The position numbers were made by a program, and so were the translations under genes. Positions 1 through 7,954 of a stretch of DNA of 27,608 nt are shown one piece after another. Within the stretch, counting starts at the first letter, position 1. The number at the start of each line of letters is the position of its first letter. A model generated the notes under the pieces. That model did no database searches and was not told where the DNA came from. It saw only the letters and a list, made by a program, of their open reading frames with translations. Origin of the DNA: a virus (Duplodnaviria; Caudoviricetes); the IMG/VR virus record IMGVR_UViG_3300010376_000110, positions 1 to 27,608 of that record. One strand, given 5' to 3'.

Positions 1-2
1 AC

Positions 3-716
3 CGCGAAGGCCGGCTGGTGGACCGCCCGCAGCGGATCAAAGCCGAACTGTTTCCGTACGACAACGAGCCGCCGTGTCCGCATTGTCACGGTCGCGGCTT
101 CGACATCGATCAGGTACTAGCCGATCTGCAGCGCGGCGAATTTGTGTCTCGATATGTCACCGCGGGCCAGCCGGTACTCATGATCCCGAAGTTTTTGCTG
201 CATCAGAAGCCGCACCCGCACGAGGCACAAAGCGAGCTACCGGCGCCGCCAGAACCACCCAAAAACAGGCCTAAAAACGCGCGGTCGCGACAACGGGTAC
301 CAAAGGCGACACATGTCGTACTTGATCCGGTACCTATTTCTATTTCTGATCCGGTACCTGATCCGGTACGCGGTGCGGCGGAGGTGGCCGATGTCGGGAA
401 TGGGCGCGGCCATTATCCGATCTTCAAAGGCGCTCGGCTGGTGGTCTTCGCCTGGATGCGCGAGGAACTCTGCCGCCTGCTCGGCGCCCACGCCGAGGCC
501 TTCGATCTCCTCGCGTGGTTCTACCAGCTCGACGCTGAAAGTGCCGCGCTGATCCTGCCCGGCGATCGCGATGCCCGGTGGGCCTGGCTGCAGTCTGTCA
601 CGGTGGAGGAAGCGCAGCGCCGCGGGCTGCCGATCGCGCACGCGACGCCGGCGAACGGCGTGACCGATGACGCGACGTGGGCGGCGCTCGTCAAAAGCGG
701 TCCGGAGCGGCGATGA
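3..716 (+). CDS. Phage replication initiator / replisome-organiser-like protein (5'-truncated)
   Basis: Frame is open from base 3 (REGRLVDRPQRIKAELFPYD...F..HQKPHP.E..S.LP), a motif I recognise from phage replication-protein N-termini; low-complexity linker with internal DNA repeats; stop overlaps next ATG (ATGA 713-716). Confidence 0.7.
   Translation, partial: REGRLVDRPQRIKAELFPYDNEPPCPHCHGRGFDIDQVLADLQRGEFVSRYVTAGQPVLMIPKFLLHQKPHPHEAQSELPAPPEPPKNRPKNARSRQRVPKATHVVLDPVPISISDPVPDPVRGAAEVADVGNGRGHYPIFKGARLVVFAWMREELCRLLGAHAEAFDLLAWFYQLDAESAALILPGDRDARWAWLQSVTVEEAQRRGLPIAHATPANGVTDDATWAALVKSGPERR
323..369 (+). repeat. Three direct repeats TGATCCGGTAC (323, 347, 359) plus CTATTT x2; candidate replication-origin iterons
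   Basis: Repeats read directly from the sequence, inside the initiator-like gene as in lambdoid origins; origin function is inferred. Confidence 0.5.
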
Positions 717-1354
717 CGGACACCGATTTCGAGACGTTCTCGGGAGAAGTGAAGCGCCTGGCCGTCGTGATGCGGCTGCGCGCGGCGCCGCTCGAAGTGA
801 TGCAGATCACGAAGGCGTACTTCACCGCGTTCAAGCGCTTTCCGATGAGCGTGGTCGTCGCCGGCGCCGATCGCTGGATCGAACAAGGCGATCGGTTTCC
901 GAAGGCGAAGCAATGGCTGGACGCGATGCCGGCGCCCGGCGAGACGAGGATCCTCGAGCTGCTCCAGGACGAGGCCGATGATTGGCTGGCCGCGGAGCGC
1001 GCGCACTTTCAACGATCGCCGTGTCGGTGTCTGGTCTGCGTGGGCGCCGGCGTCAGCGATCAGCCGCAACGGTTCATTCCGGACTGCGAGCCGGACGGCC
1101 GCGATGCGCACGCGCGGATCGGCGATCGCGTCATCACGCGCGGCCGCTGGGCGCACGGCGAGGAGCTCGCCGGCTGGTACGCCGCCCGCGCTGCCTATGT
1201 CGCGCTCCTCGAGCGCTTGCCACGTTTGCCCAAGCCGATGCCGGCGCCGACACGGGCGCTGCCGATGAAGCGTGGCCGGATGCTGACGTTCAAGGATCGC
1301 ATCGACGCGATTTTCCGGAAGCCGAAAGAACGCGAACCCGGCGAGGAGGGCTGA
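713..1354 (+). CDS. Hypothetical protein, helicase loader/inhibitor-like (213 aa)
   Basis: ATGA-coupled to the initiator; N-terminal helical domain ending RFPKAKQW resembles proteins that follow phage initiators; CRCLVC motif. Confidence 0.5.
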   Translation: MTDTDFETFSGEVKRLAVVMRLRAAPLEVMQITKAYFTAFKRFPMSVVVAGADRWIEQGDRFPKAKQWLDAMPAPGETRILELLQDEADDWLAAERAHFQRSPCRCLVCVGAGVSDQPQRFIPDCEPDGRDAHARIGDRVITRGRWAHGEELAGWYAARAAYVALLERLPRLPKPMPAPTRALPMKRGRMLTFKDRIDAIFRKPKEREPGEEG

Positions 1355-1355
1355 G

Positions 1356-1589
1356 ATGACACCCGCGATCTTTCCGATCGGCCAACGACCCGGTGTCTGC
1401 CGCTGGTGCGGCTGCACGAACGATCACGCGTGTGACGCCGGCTGCAGCTGGGCGAACCGGGAGCGCACGCTCTGTAGCGCGTGCGTGCCGCTCGATCGCG
1501 CGCTGCGCACCGTCGCCGGCCGCATCGAGCTAGCGAAATGTCTGCAGGAAGGCGGCTTTCTCGCCATGCAGCGGAGACGGCGTGCATGA
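1356..1589 (+). CDS. Small Cys-rich zinc-finger phage protein (77 aa)
   Basis: CRWCGCTNDHACDAGCSW...LCSAC pattern; GAGGAGG upstream; stop overlaps next ATG. Confidence 0.75.
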   Translation: MTPAIFPIGQRPGVCRWCGCTNDHACDAGCSWANRERTLCSACVPLDRALRTVAGRIELAKCLQEGGFLAMQRRRRA

Positions 1590-1807
1590 AACGCCGGCGC
1601 AAGCGATACGACGCCTGGACCGATTCGGCCGTCGCGCTGACGGATGCGATGGTACGAGGGCTGATCGATCTGGCGCAGGCGATCAAACGCGGTGCAGTGC
1701 AGACGACCCGCACCGAGCTGCGCGCGCTGGTCGCCCTCTGCGAGCGCAACGAGTGGTTCATGCTCGCACAAGCGTTTCAGGATGCGCAGCGGAGAAAGCG
1801 CCGATGA
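1586..1807 (+). CDS. Hypothetical protein (73 aa, MKRRRKRYDAW...)
   Basis: ATGA overlaps at both ends (1586-1589 and 1804-1807). Confidence 0.65.
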   Translation: MKRRRKRYDAWTDSAVALTDAMVRGLIDLAQAIKRGAVQTTRTELRALVALCERNEWFMLAQAFQDAQRRKRR

Positions 1808-2088
1808 ACACGAAGCGGAAAGGCTCGCGCGCGGAGCATCGCGCGATCACGATCCTCGAGAGCGCCGGCTATGCCTGCACGCGCGCGGCGGCGTCCCTCG
1901 GCGTCTTCGACATCGTGGCGATCGGCGCCCGCGACATTCGGCTAGTGCAAGTGAAAGCCGGCGCGCGCTGCCAGATCTCCGACGTCGAACGCGAGCAGAT
2001 CCGCGGGTTCGTGGCGCCGCGGAATGCGTCGCGCGAGATCTGGAAGTTTTTCGATCGGGTGCGGACGCCAATTATCGAACGACTGTGA
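1804..2088 (+). CDS. Holliday junction resolvase, Hjc-like PD-(D/E)XK nuclease (94 aa)
   Basis: KGSRAE..AI..LE..GY...R.A.S.G.FDIVA.......VQVK matches the Hjc motif layout; start at coupled ATG 1804. Confidence 0.8.
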   Translation: MNTKRKGSRAEHRAITILESAGYACTRAAASLGVFDIVAIGARDIRLVQVKAGARCQISDVEREQIRGFVAPRNASREIWKFFDRVRTPIIERL

Positions 2089-2094
2089 GGACCG

Positions 2095-2457
2095 ATGGCG
2101 AAACGGAAACGCGACACGCCGAAACGCAAGCCCCGCAAGCAGACGGCCGCGGAAGTCGATCAGATCCTCGACGAGCCGTTGCAGCAGCGGCCGCTTGAGG
2201 CCAGCGAGCAGCTCCGGGAGCTCGCCATCTGTTACGACGACGTGGCGGACGCGCAAGCGAAATACGAGTTGAAGGCTGACGCCGCCAAGACCGCCAAAAA
2301 GACGCTCGAGGCCGCGACGAATGCACTGCTCGAAAAGGTGCGCGAATTCACGCACCCGACGGCGCTCCCGCTATTCGATGCGGAGGAGCGCGAGCGGGAT
2401 CAGCAAACGATGCTCGACGCCGCGGACCATGGCGGCGCCGCCGACGTGGAGGCGTAA
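2095..2457 (+). CDS. Hypothetical protein with basic N-terminus and helical core (120 aa)
   Basis: GAGGA RBS; TAATG overlap with the next gene. Confidence 0.75.
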   Translation: MAKRKRDTPKRKPRKQTAAEVDQILDEPLQQRPLEASEQLRELAICYDDVADAQAKYELKADAAKTAKKTLEAATNALLEKVREFTHPTALPLFDAEERERDQQTMLDAADHGGAADVEA

Positions 2458-2810
2458 TGCGCGGTCAGCGGCTCGCCCGCTTCACCGCGATCTGGTCAGA
2501 CGGATCGCAGCTCGTGCTCCACGCGCATACGGTCGCGGATGCGCGGGACCTGGCGCGCCGGCTGACGCCGGCCGGCGTGCAGCTGCAGAACGTCGAGCCG
2601 ATTCGGGAGTCGACGCGCCGGGGCACGGCGCGCATCCCGGCGCTGCATTTTGTCCGGGTGGAGGATCCGTCGGTGCACAGCCGCTACGGACCGGAGCGGG
2701 CGATCTGCGGCCGCTGGATTCCACGGCGCCAGGTGGCGATAACCCGCGAGGACGTGACCTGTCCGCGGTGTGAGCAGCTGATTGGTGAGTTGGATCGGAT
2801 CGCTATTTGA
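2457..2810 (+). CDS. Hypothetical protein with C-terminal H...ICG...VTCPRC zinc-finger-like motif (117 aa)
   Basis: TAATG coupling; GGAGG upstream; metal-ligand pattern. Confidence 0.7.
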   Translation: MRGQRLARFTAIWSDGSQLVLHAHTVADARDLARRLTPAGVQLQNVEPIRESTRRGTARIPALHFVRVEDPSVHSRYGPERAICGRWIPRRQVAITREDVTCPRCEQLIGELDRIAI

Positions 2811-2934
2811 GGCTGGTGCGCCAGCGAAAAACCGCGCCGGCGATCCTCGAGCGGATGCGGACCCGGCCGCTGCACGGCGACGGGATTTGGTACAGCCTCG
2901 GACGCTTTCGGCGGAGCAGGCGATCGTTTCGGGT

Positions 2935-3102
2935 GTGGATCGTATTCGTGACGTCGCGATGTTGGCCGTAGTCGGCGCCGCGGCGATCGTCGGCGGCGTT
3001 CTCTGGTGGCGCTGGCGGCATGCGCAGCCGCTCGACGTCGGCGCCGTCAGTGAACGGTGGCTGGCGGACCACGCAAGGAACCGGGAAGGAGATATGCCGT
3101 GA
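2935..3102 (+). CDS. Small single-pass membrane protein (start GTG 2935 or ATG 2959)
   Basis: Hydrophobic run MLAVVGAAAIVGGVLWWRW then DVGAVSERWLADH; stop overlaps next GTG. Confidence 0.6.
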   Translation: MDRIRDVAMLAVVGAAAIVGGVLWWRWRHAQPLDVGAVSERWLADHARNREGDMP

Positions 3103-3752
3103 TCGATGCGGAGAACGCGACGCGCTATCCGCTGACCTGGCCGGCGAACTGGAAACGGACGCCGGCGCATCAACGCTCGCGTGCGACGTTCTCGCGCGGC
3201 AGCGTGCAGCGGGACGCCACGGGCGCACGGTTGCCGTCGACTAAGCGGCAGCTGACCGTCGCTGATGCGATTCAACGGCTGTCCGGTGAGCTCGCGCGGC
3301 TCGGAGCCACTCACGAAGTTCTCAGTACGAACGTACAAACGCGGCTCGATGGTCTGCCGCGATCGGGGCAGTCGGAACCGACCGATCCCGGCGCCGCGGT
3401 CTACTTCCGGCTGAAAGGCCAAGCGCGCTGCCTCGCCTGCGATCGCTGGCAGCGGGTCGCCGACAACATCGCGGCGATCGCGCAGCACATTGACGCGTTG
3501 CGCCGGATCGATCGCTACGGCGTCGGCACCCTTGAGCAAGCCTTTGCCGGCTATGCGGCGTTACCGCCGCAGGCCTCGCACGACTGGCGGATCGTGCTCG
3601 GCTTCGCGGCCGGCGCCGCGATCACGCGCGCGATGGTCGATGACGCCTTCCGCACGCGCGCCCGAAGCGCACATCCGGACACTGGCGGCTCGCACGATGC
3701 GATGGCGCGGCTGAGCGAGGCCCGCGCGGCCGCCTATGCGGAGTTGTCGTGA
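3099..3752 (+). CDS. Phage J-domain-containing protein (217 aa)
   Basis: N-terminal YPLTWPANWKRT and central DPGAAVYF...LACDRW..VADNIAAIA..IDALRRIDRYGV; C-terminal J-domain with HPD (AHPDTGGS); GTGA coupling and GAAGGAG upstream. Confidence 0.85.
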   Translation: MIDAENATRYPLTWPANWKRTPAHQRSRATFSRGSVQRDATGARLPSTKRQLTVADAIQRLSGELARLGATHEVLSTNVQTRLDGLPRSGQSEPTDPGAAVYFRLKGQARCLACDRWQRVADNIAAIAQHIDALRRIDRYGVGTLEQAFAGYAALPPQASHDWRIVLGFAAGAAITRAMVDDAFRTRARSAHPDTGGSHDAMARLSEARAAAYAELS

Positions 3753-3940
3753 CGAGCGGAAGCGCATCCGCTGCCGCGCGCCGCAGCGCGCGAGCAGGAC
3801 CATGCCGCGATCCGTTGCATCTCTGGTTCGTGGAATGGACCGACCGGCGCGGCCGGTGGCGGCGCTACTTCGCGGATCGCGACGAGGCGCGCGCGGCGCT
3901 CCGGCAGTTCAAAGCGCATGGGATATGGACTCGTAACTGA
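3749..3940 (+). CDS. Small hypothetical protein, possibly a beta-sheet DNA-binding domain (63 aa)
   Basis: GTGA coupling; WFVEWTDRRGRWRRYFADRDEARAA pattern. Confidence 0.55.
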   Translation: MTSGSASAAARRSARAGPCRDPLHLWFVEWTDRRGRWRRYFADRDEARAALRQFKAHGIWTRN

Positions 3941-3954
3941 AGGAGGAGAAACGT

Positions 3955-4242
3955 ATGAATCACGAAAGCCGCTACTCGTTGGGATTGATTCTGAACCCGC
4001 AAGCCGACGGCAAGTACACGCGCACGCTGACGGCAGACTCGGCCGAAGGCCTCACGTGCCAGGAAGCGAATGGCACATCGCGGCCGGCGGCCGCCGGCGA
4101 CGTTATGAGCGTCGATGAAGCCGGGAACGTGTCGGCGCGCGTCGCCGGTACGGCCGGGCCGTGGGAGCTGCTCGAGGTCCGCGGCGTCGCGGTCGCCTTC
4201 CGGCCGAAGCCGGATGGCCCGGTGTACGTGTTCCTGCCGTAG
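3955..4242 (+). CDS. Hypothetical beta-rich protein (95 aa)
   Basis: Strong AAGGAGGAG RBS; ARVAGTAGPWE motif. Confidence 0.8.
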   Translation: MNHESRYSLGLILNPQADGKYTRTLTADSAEGLTCQEANGTSRPAAAGDVMSVDEAGNVSARVAGTAGPWELLEVRGVAVAFRPKPDGPVYVFLP

Positions 4243-4259
4243 TGGAGAAGACGAGAGTT

Positions 4260-5366
4260 ATGAATCGTCATCTCGTGACGCTCACCGCCAATAGCGGCCC
4301 GGTGCAGCGCCCGTCGCAGCCGATTCCGATCGACAACGATCGGCCGCCGCTCGTATTTCCGCCGGCGCCGTTTGCGTACCGCACGGAGCTGCCGTGGGTA
4401 CCGCCGCTGACGCGCGACTATCTGCGCGCCGATTCTTGGAGCATCACGATGCCGGGCGCGCCGTGGGTGCCTGGCACGAGTTCGGAGATCGTCAACGGGC
4501 AAAAGGCGTGGGAACGCATTCTGTCGTGGTTTGTCGATCGCTATCCGCTCGACTTTCAGCGCGCGTACTTGGAACGCACCGCGGCGATCGGCTACACGCA
4601 TGTGAAGCTGTCGCCCGGCGATTCCATGGGTCCGATCGACAACGGACCCAATTCGCCGCCGGGCAATGCGCAAACGCTCGATCAGTTCATCGAGACCTGT
4701 CTGCGCGTGAAAGCGATCATTAGCGCGCGCGACAACAAGCCGTTGTCGCCGTCGATCATGCTCGGCTCGAAAAACTTTCATCCGAAGGATATGTCGCTCG
4801 CGCAGTATCAGGACGTCATCGGGCCGATCATGGAGGCGCTGTTCAGAGCGAAGGCCTGCGACGAGCTGATCCCCGGTTGGGAATGGAATCTCTGGAACGT
4901 GCCTGGCCAGACCACGATCGACATCTTCAAGTGGGTCGGGCAGCAGGCGCACGCGCACGGAATGACTTGCTGGTGTCACTTCTCGCCGCACGTGACCGCG
5001 TGGTTTGCCGACGGCGATCCCGGCGGCCGCTTCGGCTTCTGGGACGCGCTCGGTGACGACATGGACGGCCTCAACTATCAGGGCAATCAGCACTGGACGG
5101 TCGACGAGCTCCAGGCGCGCATCGTCGATACGCTCTGGCACTTCGGCACGAACGCGAACCGCTGGAAGTTTCGAATGGACGAAGACATCGCGATGAATCT
5201 GTTCGATGGGCTCCCGCAGGCGCCGACCGGACAGCCGGCCGACGAAGCGCAGGCGACGGCGCGCGGCTATTGCGCGTGCTGCACGATCGACGACATGAAA
5301 TGGACCGACGCGAAAGTGTGGGGCTACGGCAACGGCGGCTCGATGCCGGATGGGTCGGTGTTGTGA
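4260..5366 (+). CDS. Hypothetical protein, possibly glycoside-hydrolase-like TIM barrel (368 aa)
   Basis: Long ORF with typical high-GC codon usage; Trp/Gly/Asp-rich; alternating strand/helix pattern with PGWEWN, HFSPH, DGLNYQ, FRMDED. Coding is well supported; function is speculative. Confidence 0.6.
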   Translation: MNRHLVTLTANSGPVQRPSQPIPIDNDRPPLVFPPAPFAYRTELPWVPPLTRDYLRADSWSITMPGAPWVPGTSSEIVNGQKAWERILSWFVDRYPLDFQRAYLERTAAIGYTHVKLSPGDSMGPIDNGPNSPPGNAQTLDQFIETCLRVKAIISARDNKPLSPSIMLGSKNFHPKDMSLAQYQDVIGPIMEALFRAKACDELIPGWEWNLWNVPGQTTIDIFKWVGQQAHAHGMTCWCHFSPHVTAWFADGDPGGRFGFWDALGDDMDGLNYQGNQHWTVDELQARIVDTLWHFGTNANRWKFRMDEDIAMNLFDGLPQAPTGQPADEAQATARGYCACCTIDDMKWTDAKVWGYGNGGSMPDGSVL

Positions 5367-5377
5367 GAGGAGGCCAC

Positions 5378-6079
5378 ATGGAGTTTTTCGATTTGGAGGA
5401 GCGGCTTTTCAACGAGCACTGTCCGAAGCCGCCGAATGTCGTTCCCCTCGCTCAGCGTTGGATCCGCGCATTCCGAAATCGTGATGAGTTACGGCGTTCG
5501 GTGCTCGGTGTCGAACAAGCCGAGAAGGAAACACGCGGACTGATCGCGGGACTAGACAAGGCAATCGAATTTATCGACTGGGATGACACATGGTTGGCGC
5601 TCGAGGCCGCCGACCACGAGTGGATCTGGTCGGCGAAAATGATCGATGGCGATGGCGATCTGATTGCCGGCGGAATTACACGTAAAGATCTCCGTTATCT
5701 GTATTTGGTGGAGCTGCGGGCAAGACTAAAGAAGCTGCTGCTTTCTGATCTACCACCGGCGCAGACTGCGGCAGCGGTAAAACGCCCCGTCGTTGATCCT
5801 CGCGATGGCGACGGATGGGAAACTGTCGTTCGCACACAGGGGATCTCGATTCCGCGCGGCGTCGAGTTCTATCTCTCGACCCATTGGGATTTGTGCAACA
5901 TCGAATTCAAAAAGGGACGTTGTAAGAACTGCGGGAAAAATCAACTGCGCACAAGCCTGCATCACGAAACTCACGATCACTACGGCATAGAAACCGCTGC
6001 CGATCTGATGGAACTGTGTAATCGCTGCCACGCGAAGATCGAAGGCCTCGGGCTGTGGAAGTACAAAAAGGCAGCATAG
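5378..6079 (+). CDS. HNH endonuclease-domain protein with unknown N-terminal domain (233 aa)
   Basis: GAGGAGG RBS before ATG 5378; C-terminal YLS.HW...CKNCG...LHHETHDHYGIE...DLMELCNRCH; visibly more A/T-rich than its neighbours. Confidence 0.75.
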   Translation: MEFFDLEERLFNEHCPKPPNVVPLAQRWIRAFRNRDELRRSVLGVEQAEKETRGLIAGLDKAIEFIDWDDTWLALEAADHEWIWSAKMIDGDGDLIAGGITRKDLRYLYLVELRARLKKLLLSDLPPAQTAAAVKRPVVDPRDGDGWETVVRTQGISIPRGVEFYLSTHWDLCNIEFKKGRCKNCGKNQLRTSLHHETHDHYGIETAADLMELCNRCHAKIEGLGLWKYKKAA

Positions 6080-6082
6080 GGC

Positions 6083-6119
6083 ACGTCGGCCGCGTGCTGC
6101 TCGCGTTCGCGGCCGACGT
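6083..6119. repeat. 12-bp perfect inverted repeat (ACGTCGGCCGCG / CGCGGCCGACGT) with a 13-nt loop
   Basis: Arms 6083-6094 and 6108-6119, directly after the HNH stop; no U-tract. Confidence 0.7.
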
Positions 6120-6137
6120 CGCCGCGATCCTGATTCC

Positions 6138-7652
6138 TTGGCTGATTTTGTTGCTCTTGACGATGTTATGAAGCCGACCATCACCGCTCGCGATCTGCAG
6201 TACCGCGGCGCCTATCGCTTGTCGACGCCGCTCGGCAACACCGCCGGCTTGACGTTCTCGCCGGCGCGCGGCACCTGGTTCACCGTCGGCGTCCGGCAAA
6301 AGCGCTTTCCGCTGTTCGAATTCACGATGCCGGATGACGCGAGCTGGTTGCCGGCGCCGGCCGATCCGCTGATTCCGCTGGCGACGGCGCCGGCCGCGGT
6401 CCTCGTCAAGAACTGGGGCACGTTTCTCGCCGACGTGATCGACCCGTCGCAAAACGACGTGTTCAACGTGACGTGGGACGAGGATTCGGAATGTCTGCTC
6501 GTCAGCTATGGCGATTTCTACGGCGAGCCGGCGACCAACGACTGTCTACTCGGCGTCGACGTCGCGTGTGATCCGCCGGCGATCCGTGGTCCGTGGTGTT
6601 TCGGTCAGGGCAACACGGAATTCACGCAGCGCTGGGGTTACTCGCAGATCGCGCCGGCGCCGCGCACCTTCGATCACTTCGGCGTGCGCTTTCTAGCCAC
6701 CGGCAAAGACAACAGCACGTTTCAGTCAGGATCGTGGGGACCTGGCTTACTCGCGATCACCGACGTCGATCCGGCGCTGCCGGCGCACACGATCCTGCAC
6801 GCGCAACAGCTGATGTTCTGGCCGGCGATCAAACGGCCGGTCACGCTCGACACCGGCAAGGTGAAGTCTGGCTTTCTCACGTCGGCGATGCAGCGATCGC
6901 ATCCGTTCTGGATCATCGGCGGGAATACAGGCGCGACTCTCGGCGGCGCACCGGAATGGCGCGATGTGCCGTACGGCGTGGCGCAGCTCGAGGACGGCTG
7001 GTCGAACGGCGACGATCCGGGATACTTCGTCGCCGTCGACGAGCCGACGTGTCAAGGCGTGATCTTTTTCGGCAACACGTCGTTCGGGGCGTCGTGGTAC
7101 GGCAGTCCGATCGAATTCGCTGACGAGCACACGCCGGATCCGAACTCGCCAACGACCTGGCGGTCGTGGTCCGGGATCACTCATCCGCAGACCGATCGCG
7201 TGCTGCACTCACCGATCTTTCCGCCCGACGCCGGCAATCCGAAAGGCTACGTGTTCGATCATCAAGGCGGCGGCAAAGGAAACCGCTGCGAGCTCGTGAC
7301 GCACGCAATCTGGATCTACGCGCTATGCGATCTGCAGCTCGCGCTGATCGACGCCTATGAGCCGCGGCCGGGTCTGACAGCGATGAACGTCGACTGCACC
7401 GCGTTTCATGTGCTCGCGTCACCGCTGCCGCTGCCGAACGTCCGCCCGATCACGCCGGCGCTGCAGTACGAACATCGCGTGAATGCGGGACCGACGTCGG
7501 AAGTGTCATACATCCCGCGCGTGACGGGTGCGTACTACCGCCGCGGCGACAGCGATCGCGCCGGCCGGATCTACGTGCGGATGTCGTCGGCGCTCGGCGT
7601 GGAGACCGATGCGGTCAACGTGTTCGACATCGTGACGACGGAGAAACGGTGA
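6138..7652 (+). CDS. Large hypothetical beta-rich (possibly beta-propeller) protein, about 500 aa (start TTG 6138 or ATG 6168)
   Basis: Long ORF; N-terminal DLQYRGAYRL...GLTF pattern; stop coupled to the next gene. Confidence 0.7.
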   Translation: MADFVALDDVMKPTITARDLQYRGAYRLSTPLGNTAGLTFSPARGTWFTVGVRQKRFPLFEFTMPDDASWLPAPADPLIPLATAPAAVLVKNWGTFLADVIDPSQNDVFNVTWDEDSECLLVSYGDFYGEPATNDCLLGVDVACDPPAIRGPWCFGQGNTEFTQRWGYSQIAPAPRTFDHFGVRFLATGKDNSTFQSGSWGPGLLAITDVDPALPAHTILHAQQLMFWPAIKRPVTLDTGKVKSGFLTSAMQRSHPFWIIGGNTGATLGGAPEWRDVPYGVAQLEDGWSNGDDPGYFVAVDEPTCQGVIFFGNTSFGASWYGSPIEFADEHTPDPNSPTTWRSWSGITHPQTDRVLHSPIFPPDAGNPKGYVFDHQGGGKGNRCELVTHAIWIYALCDLQLALIDAYEPRPGLTAMNVDCTAFHVLASPLPLPNVRPITPALQYEHRVNAGPTSEVSYIPRVTGAYYRRGDSDRAGRIYVRMSSALGVETDAVNVFDIVTTEKR

Positions 7653-7954
7653 TGGCGAAGCTGCTTCGGAGCAACGGCGCGATCGAGGAGCTGTCGATCG
7701 GTCCCAGTCCCGAATGCCTGCCGCGGCTGCAGGAGCTCGTCGGCGGCTACATCGAAGTGGTGCCGATCGGCGGTACGAAGGATCTCCGCGACGTGCTCGT
7801 GGTCAACGACGATGGGTCCGCGCTGCGGTTACCCGTGAACCGCTACGCCACGATGCTCGCGCGTCATGTGCTGCCGTTCTACGGCATCGTGCGCGGCGAC
7901 GTCGTACGCGCGACCATCGAAGCCGGCGGTACGACGCGTGAGCGTTTCCTCTGA
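7652..7954 (+). CDS. DUF3846-like protein
   Basis: LQELVGGYIEVV...LVVNDDG..L.LPVNRYAT...IVRGDVV motif; TGATG coupling on both sides. Confidence 0.8.
   Translation: MAKLLRSNGAIEELSIGPSPECLPRLQELVGGYIEVVPIGGTKDLRDVLVVNDDGSALRLPVNRYATMLARHVLPFYGIVRGDVVRATIEAGGTTRERFL

Noticed and set aside
323-369. Short repeats considered as a CRISPR array
   Set aside because: Repeats are 11 bp with 1-13 nt gaps and lie inside a CDS; no cas genes; no array seen elsewhere by eye
2360-2380. ALPLF as a beta-clamp-binding motif in the 120-aa protein
   Set aside because: Lacks the conserved Gln of the QL[S/D]LF consensus; too weak to support
2855-2971. 38-codon ORF after the CGATCCT motif
   Set aside because: No RBS, no motif, Arg-rich, overlaps the better supported membrane-protein ORF
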